64,000 nucleotides of DNA. It comes from the human T2T-CHM13v2.0 reference genome, Homo sapiens. The stretch lies in assembly GCF_009914755.1 (NCBI RefSeq), contig NC_060936.1; one strand, 5' to 3'. Below the pieces are notes generated by a model. The model ran no database searches, had not been told where the DNA came from, and was given only the letters and a program-made list of their open reading frames with translations. This document shows, piece by piece, positions 58,696 to 64,000 of this stretch. Both the position numbers and the translations under genes were made by a program. Positions within the stretch are counted from its first letter, which is position 1; each line of letters opens with the position of its first letter.

Positions 58696-60415
58696 TGATT
58701 TTATCTTGACTTATAACTCAGTACAAGATTGAAATGGTAAATTAGAAACAATATTCCCTTTCCAAAACAGCATCCCAGTATTCTGGCAGCTCATCACCAT
58801 TAGATCTACCTTATGAGAAATATAAAAGGGAGTCCTTTAAGTTGAAACAAATTGACACTAACAATATGAAAACATAAAAAGGTATAAAACTCACTATAAA
58901 GGTAAGAATATAGTCAAATTCAAAATACTCTAATATTTTGATAGTGCTACATAAGCCACTTTTAAACATAGTATAAAATTTAAAAGACAAAAGTATTAAA
59001 ATATAGCTATAATATTTTAATGGATACACAATATATAAATGATGTAAATTGTGACATCAATTACATAAAGTGTGGAGGGAAGAGAGGTTGAAGTATAGAT
59101 ATTGTGTATATAGTCAAAGTTAAGTTGTTATTATCTTAAAATAGACTGCTAAAACTATAATATGCTTTATATAAGCCTTCTGGCTACCACAAAGAAAAAC
59201 CTATAGTAGATACAGAAAAGAGAATGGAATCAATTTATACCACTATAAAAAATTGTTAAGTTACAAAGGAAGACAGCAAGAGAGGAAGAAAGAAACAAAG
59301 GAACCACACAACAGTCAAAAAACAACAAAATGGCAATAGTAATTTCTTACCTAATAATAAAAATTTTAAGTGTAAATGCATTAAATTCTCTAATCAAAAG
59401 ACAGAGCAGATGAGTGGATTTAAAAAAAAAAAAAACAAGATCCAAATATATGCTGCCTACAAGAGACTCTCACTTTAGCTTTAAAGATACACATAGGCTG
59501 AAAGTGAATGGATGAAATAATGGTAATCTATGCAATGGTAACCAAAAGACAACAGGGTAGCCATACTTATATCACATAAAATAGACTTTAAGCCAAAAAG
59601 ACAAACAAATTTTAAGTAAATAAAGAGACAAAGAAGGTGATTATACAATTACAAAAGGATTAGATCATCAACAGAATAAAATAATTGTAAATATATATGC
59701 ACCCTACATTGGAACACAGAAATATATAAAGCAAATATTAACAGAACTAAAGGGAGAGATAGACAGCAACATAATAATAGTGATAGAGGACTTCAATAGC
59801 CCACTTTTAATAATGGGTAGAAAATCAATCAAGAAACAGCAGACTTGAACAACACTATACAACAAATGGACTTAACAGACATATATGTAACAATCCTTAT
59901 TGTTATGTATACACAACATCAGCAGAATACACATTCTTTACAAGCACACTCAGAATATTATCCAGAATAGATGTGTTAGACAACAAAATAAGTCATAACA
60001 AGTTTAAGACTGAAATAATATCAAGTGTTTTCCAATTATAATTATATGAAACAAGAAACCAATAACAGAAGGAAAGTTACATAATCCACAAATATATGGA
60101 AATTAAACAATATGCTTCTAAACAACCAATAAGTCAATAAAGAAATCAAAAGTGAAATAAAAAATATCTTGAGAAAAATGAAAATAAAAACACAACATAG
60201 TAAAACTTACGGAATGTAGCAAAAGCAGTTCTAAAAGAGAAGTTTCTAGTGATAAATGCCCATAGTAAGAAGAAAGAAAGATTTCCATAAACATCCTAAC
60301 TTTATACCTCAAGAAACTAGAAAAAGAACGAACTAAGCCCAAAGTTAATGGAAGAAGAAAATGATAAAGATCAGTGCAGAAATAAAAGAAAGAGAAACTA
60401 TAAAAATAGTTGAAC

Positions 60416-60612
60416 AAAGAAAGGATTTTGAATGTTTACAATACAAATAAATAATAAATGTTTGAAGTAATGCATATGCTAATTATCATGGTTTAATCAT
60501 TACACATTGTGTACATGTATCAAAATATCACTCTGTATCCCATAAATATGCACAACTATTACATGTCAACTAAAAATAAAATAAAATTCATTATTTGATT
60601 CTGTTTTAAAAA
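60416..60612 (+). mobile_element. L1MA1-4-like extreme 3' fragment nested in host L1 ORF2
   Basis: aggattttgaatgtt...cattacacattgtgtacatgtatcaaaatatcactctgtatcccataaatatg...tcaactaaaaataaa interrupts contiguous ORF2. Confidence 0.85.
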
Positions 60613-60890
60613 GAAAGGATCAATAAAACTAATAGTTGATTTTTTTGAAACAAAATTGGCAAGACTTTAGCTAGATTAGCTGAGAAAAAATGAAAGAAGA
60701 TTAAAATAATTAAAATTATAAGTGAAGGAGGTGACATTACAACTGATGCTGCAGAAATTTTTAAGGGTCATAAAAGACTATTATGAACAACACTATGCCA
60801 AAAAACTAAAAAACTAGAGGCAACGGATAAATTCCTAAAAATTTACAACCTACCAAAACTGAATCAAGAAGAAATAAAAAACCTGAACAG

Positions 60891-61278
<388 letters not shown>

Positions 61279-61449
61279 CTACATGGGTGGATTTTACCAA
61301 ACATTTAAAGAAGAATTAATGCCAATCCTTCTCAAACTCTCCCAAAAAACGGAAGAGGAAGAAACACTTCCAAACTCATTTTACAGAGTCAGCATTACTC
61401 TGATACCAAAGCCAAATAAAGACACTACAAGTAAAGAAAACTGCAGGCA

Positions 61450-61838
61450 GGCTGGGCACAGTGGCCCACGTCTGTAATATTAGCACTTCGCGAGGCCAAA
61501 GCAAGCAGACCACTTGAGCAGTGGCCTACATCTGTAAAACTAGCATTTTGAAAGGCCAAAGCAAACAGACCACTTGAGCTCAGAAGTTCAAGACCAGCCT
61601 GGGCAACATGATGAAACCCCATCTTTACAAAAAATACAAAAATTAGCCAGGCATGGTGGTGAGAGCCTATAGTCCCAGCTACTTGGGAGGCTAAGGTGAG
61701 AGGATTGCTTGAGCCCAGGAGGTCAAGGCTGCAGTGAGCCTCAATCATACCACTGCACTCCAGCCTGGGCAACAGAGCAAGACTCTATCTAAAAAATAAT
61801 TATAATAAAATAAAAAAATAAAAGAAAAAGAAAAAAAG
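61450..61838 (+). mobile_element. AluJ-like with 60-bp internal tandem duplication
   Basis: TSD aaagaaaa(c/t)tgcaggc; 61459-61518 repeated at 61519-61578. Confidence 0.95.
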
Positions 61839-63896
61839 AAAGAAAATTGCAGGCTAATAACCCTGATGAACATAGATGCAAAAATCCTCAACAAAATGCT
61901 AGCAAACCAAATTTAATGGCACATTAAAACAATTATGTATTATGATCAAGCAAGATATATCCCAGAGATGCTAGGATGTTTCAACATACACAAGTAAATA
62001 AATATATCACATTAAGAGAATACAGGATAAAAATCATATCATCATTGCAATGAATGCAGAAAAAGCATTTGACAAAATTTGACATGCTTTCCCAATAAAA
62101 ACTCAACAAATTAGGTATATAGAAGAAACGTAACTCAGCATAATAAAAGCCATATATGACAAGCCCACAGCTAACATCATACTTGATGGTGGAAAACTAA
62201 GATTGGGAACAAGACAAGGATGCTCACTGTCCCCACTTCTATTCAATATAGTACTAGAAGTCCTAGCCAAAGCAATTAGGCAAGATTTAAAAAATGAAAA
62301 GACATTCTACTCAGAAAGAAATAAGTACATGACATTACCTTATATATAGAAAACCCCAACAACTCTACAAAAATTAAAAACTGTTAGAACTAATAAATGA
62401 ATTCAGTAAAGTTGCAGGGTACAAAATCAACATAAAAAATCAGTTACATTTATAATCACTAACAACAAACTATCTGAAAAAGAAATCAAGAAAACAATAT
62501 CATTTACAGTAGCATCAAAAAAATTAAATATTTAGGAATGAATTTAACCAGGTAAGCGAATGATCTGTACCCTGAAGACTACAAGAGGTTGATGAACAAA
62601 TTCAAAGAAGACATAAATGGAAAGACATCCTGTGTTCATGGATTAGATGAATAAATATTGTTAAAATGTCCACACTACCCTAAGCAATCTACAGATTCAA
62701 TGCAATCCTTATCAAAATTCCAGCGGTATTTTTCACATAAACAGGAAAAAAAATCCTAAAATTCATATGGAGCCATGAATAGCCATGGAGACCCCGAACA
62801 GTCAACACAATCTAGAGCAAGAACAAAACTGGAGGCATCACACTACCTGATTTCAATATATGTACAAAGCTATTGTAATCAGAACAGCATGGTATTGGCA
62901 TAAAAACAGACATATAGGCCAATGGAGCAACACAGACAGCCCAGAAATAAATCCATGCATTTAGAGTCAATTGATCTTCAACAACGGTGCCAAGAACACA
63001 AAAGAGGAAAGGATAATCTCTTCAATAAATAATATTGGGAAAACTGGATATTCACATGCAGAATAAAATTGGCTCTTATCTTACACCATATATAAAAATT
63101 GACTCAAAATGGATAAGATTTAAAAAGTCAGCTCTGAAACTCTTAAACTACTAAAAGATAACATAGGGAAACATCTTCTTGACATTAGTCTTGGAAACCA
63201 TTTTTTTACACATGACTCCAAAAGTACAGGCAAGAAAAGCAAAAACTAATACAAATGGCATTACATCAAACTAAAAAGCTTCTGTACAATAAAGGAAACA
63301 ATCAACAGCGTGAAGAGATAACCTGTTAAATGGGAGAATATATTTGCAAACCATAAATCTCATAAGGGGGTTAATATCCAAAATATATAAGGAACTCAAA
63401 CAACTCAATAGCAAGAAAACAAATAACCTGATTTTAAAATGGGCAAAAAACCTAAATAGACATTTGTCAAAAAAAAAAAAAAAAGGACATACAAATGGCT
63501 AACAGGTTCACTAAAAACATCACTAATCATCAGGGAAATGCAAGTCAAAATCACAATGACATATTACCTCATACTTTTAGAATGGCTATTATCAAAAAGA
63601 TGAAAGATAACCGGTGTTGGTGTGGCTGTGGAGAAAAGGTAATTCTTGTACACTGTTTAGGAATGTAAACTGGTACCACCTTTGTGGAAAGTAGTATGGA
63701 TGTTGCTCAAAAAGCTAAAAATAATACTACCATATAATCCAGCAATCTCACTACTGCATATACGTCCAAAGGAAATGAAATTAGTATGTTGAAGAGATAT
63801 CTGCCTTCCCATATTCATAGCAGCATTATTCACAGTAGCCAAGATATAGAATCAACGTAAGTGTCCATCAACAAATGAATGTAACAAGAAAATGTG

Positions 63897-63898
<2 letters not shown>

Positions 63899-63933
<35 letters not shown>
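63899..63933. repeat. (AC)17 microsatellite
   Basis: Perfect AC run inside the L1 3' region. Confidence 0.97.
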
Positions 63934-63935
<2 letters not shown>

Positions 63936-63952
63936 TAGAATAATATTCAGCC

Positions 63953-64000
63953 TTTTTTTTTTGAGACAGAGTCTTGCTCTGTTACCCAGGCTGGAGCATA
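63953..64000 (-). mobile_element. Alu 3' end, runs off the window
   Basis: T10 gagacagagtcttgctctgttacccaggctggag. Confidence 0.93.

Overview
Primate (almost certainly human-like) AT-rich, repeat-dense genomic DNA. It is intergenic or deep-intronic, and I recognise no protein-coding gene, RNA gene or CRISPR array. Well over half of the window is transposable-element derived: an internally deleted L1PB1-type element (+), a near-full-length L1PA7/8-type element (-), several truncated L1PA/L1MA/L1M pieces, 14 Alus (12 on +), MIR and L2 relics, MaLR/ERVL/ERV1 solo LTRs and hAT MITEs. Nearly all ORFs in the supplied track are Alu, L1 or LTR artefacts. I found no novel multi-gene system. The most interesting signals are fine-scale fossils of retrotransposition and DNA repair: an in-frame EN/C-terminal L1 ORF2 fusion lacking RT, a twin-primed L1 with apparent premature polyadenylation, a nested L1 fragment with a possible micro 3' transduction, several templated direct-plus-inverted insertion scars, a nested palindrome, and convergent L1 pairs. 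There are also unverified splice-signal candidates, including a recursive-splice-like AG|GTGAGT site. Repeat subfamily names come from recalled consensus sequences, not from a database search.
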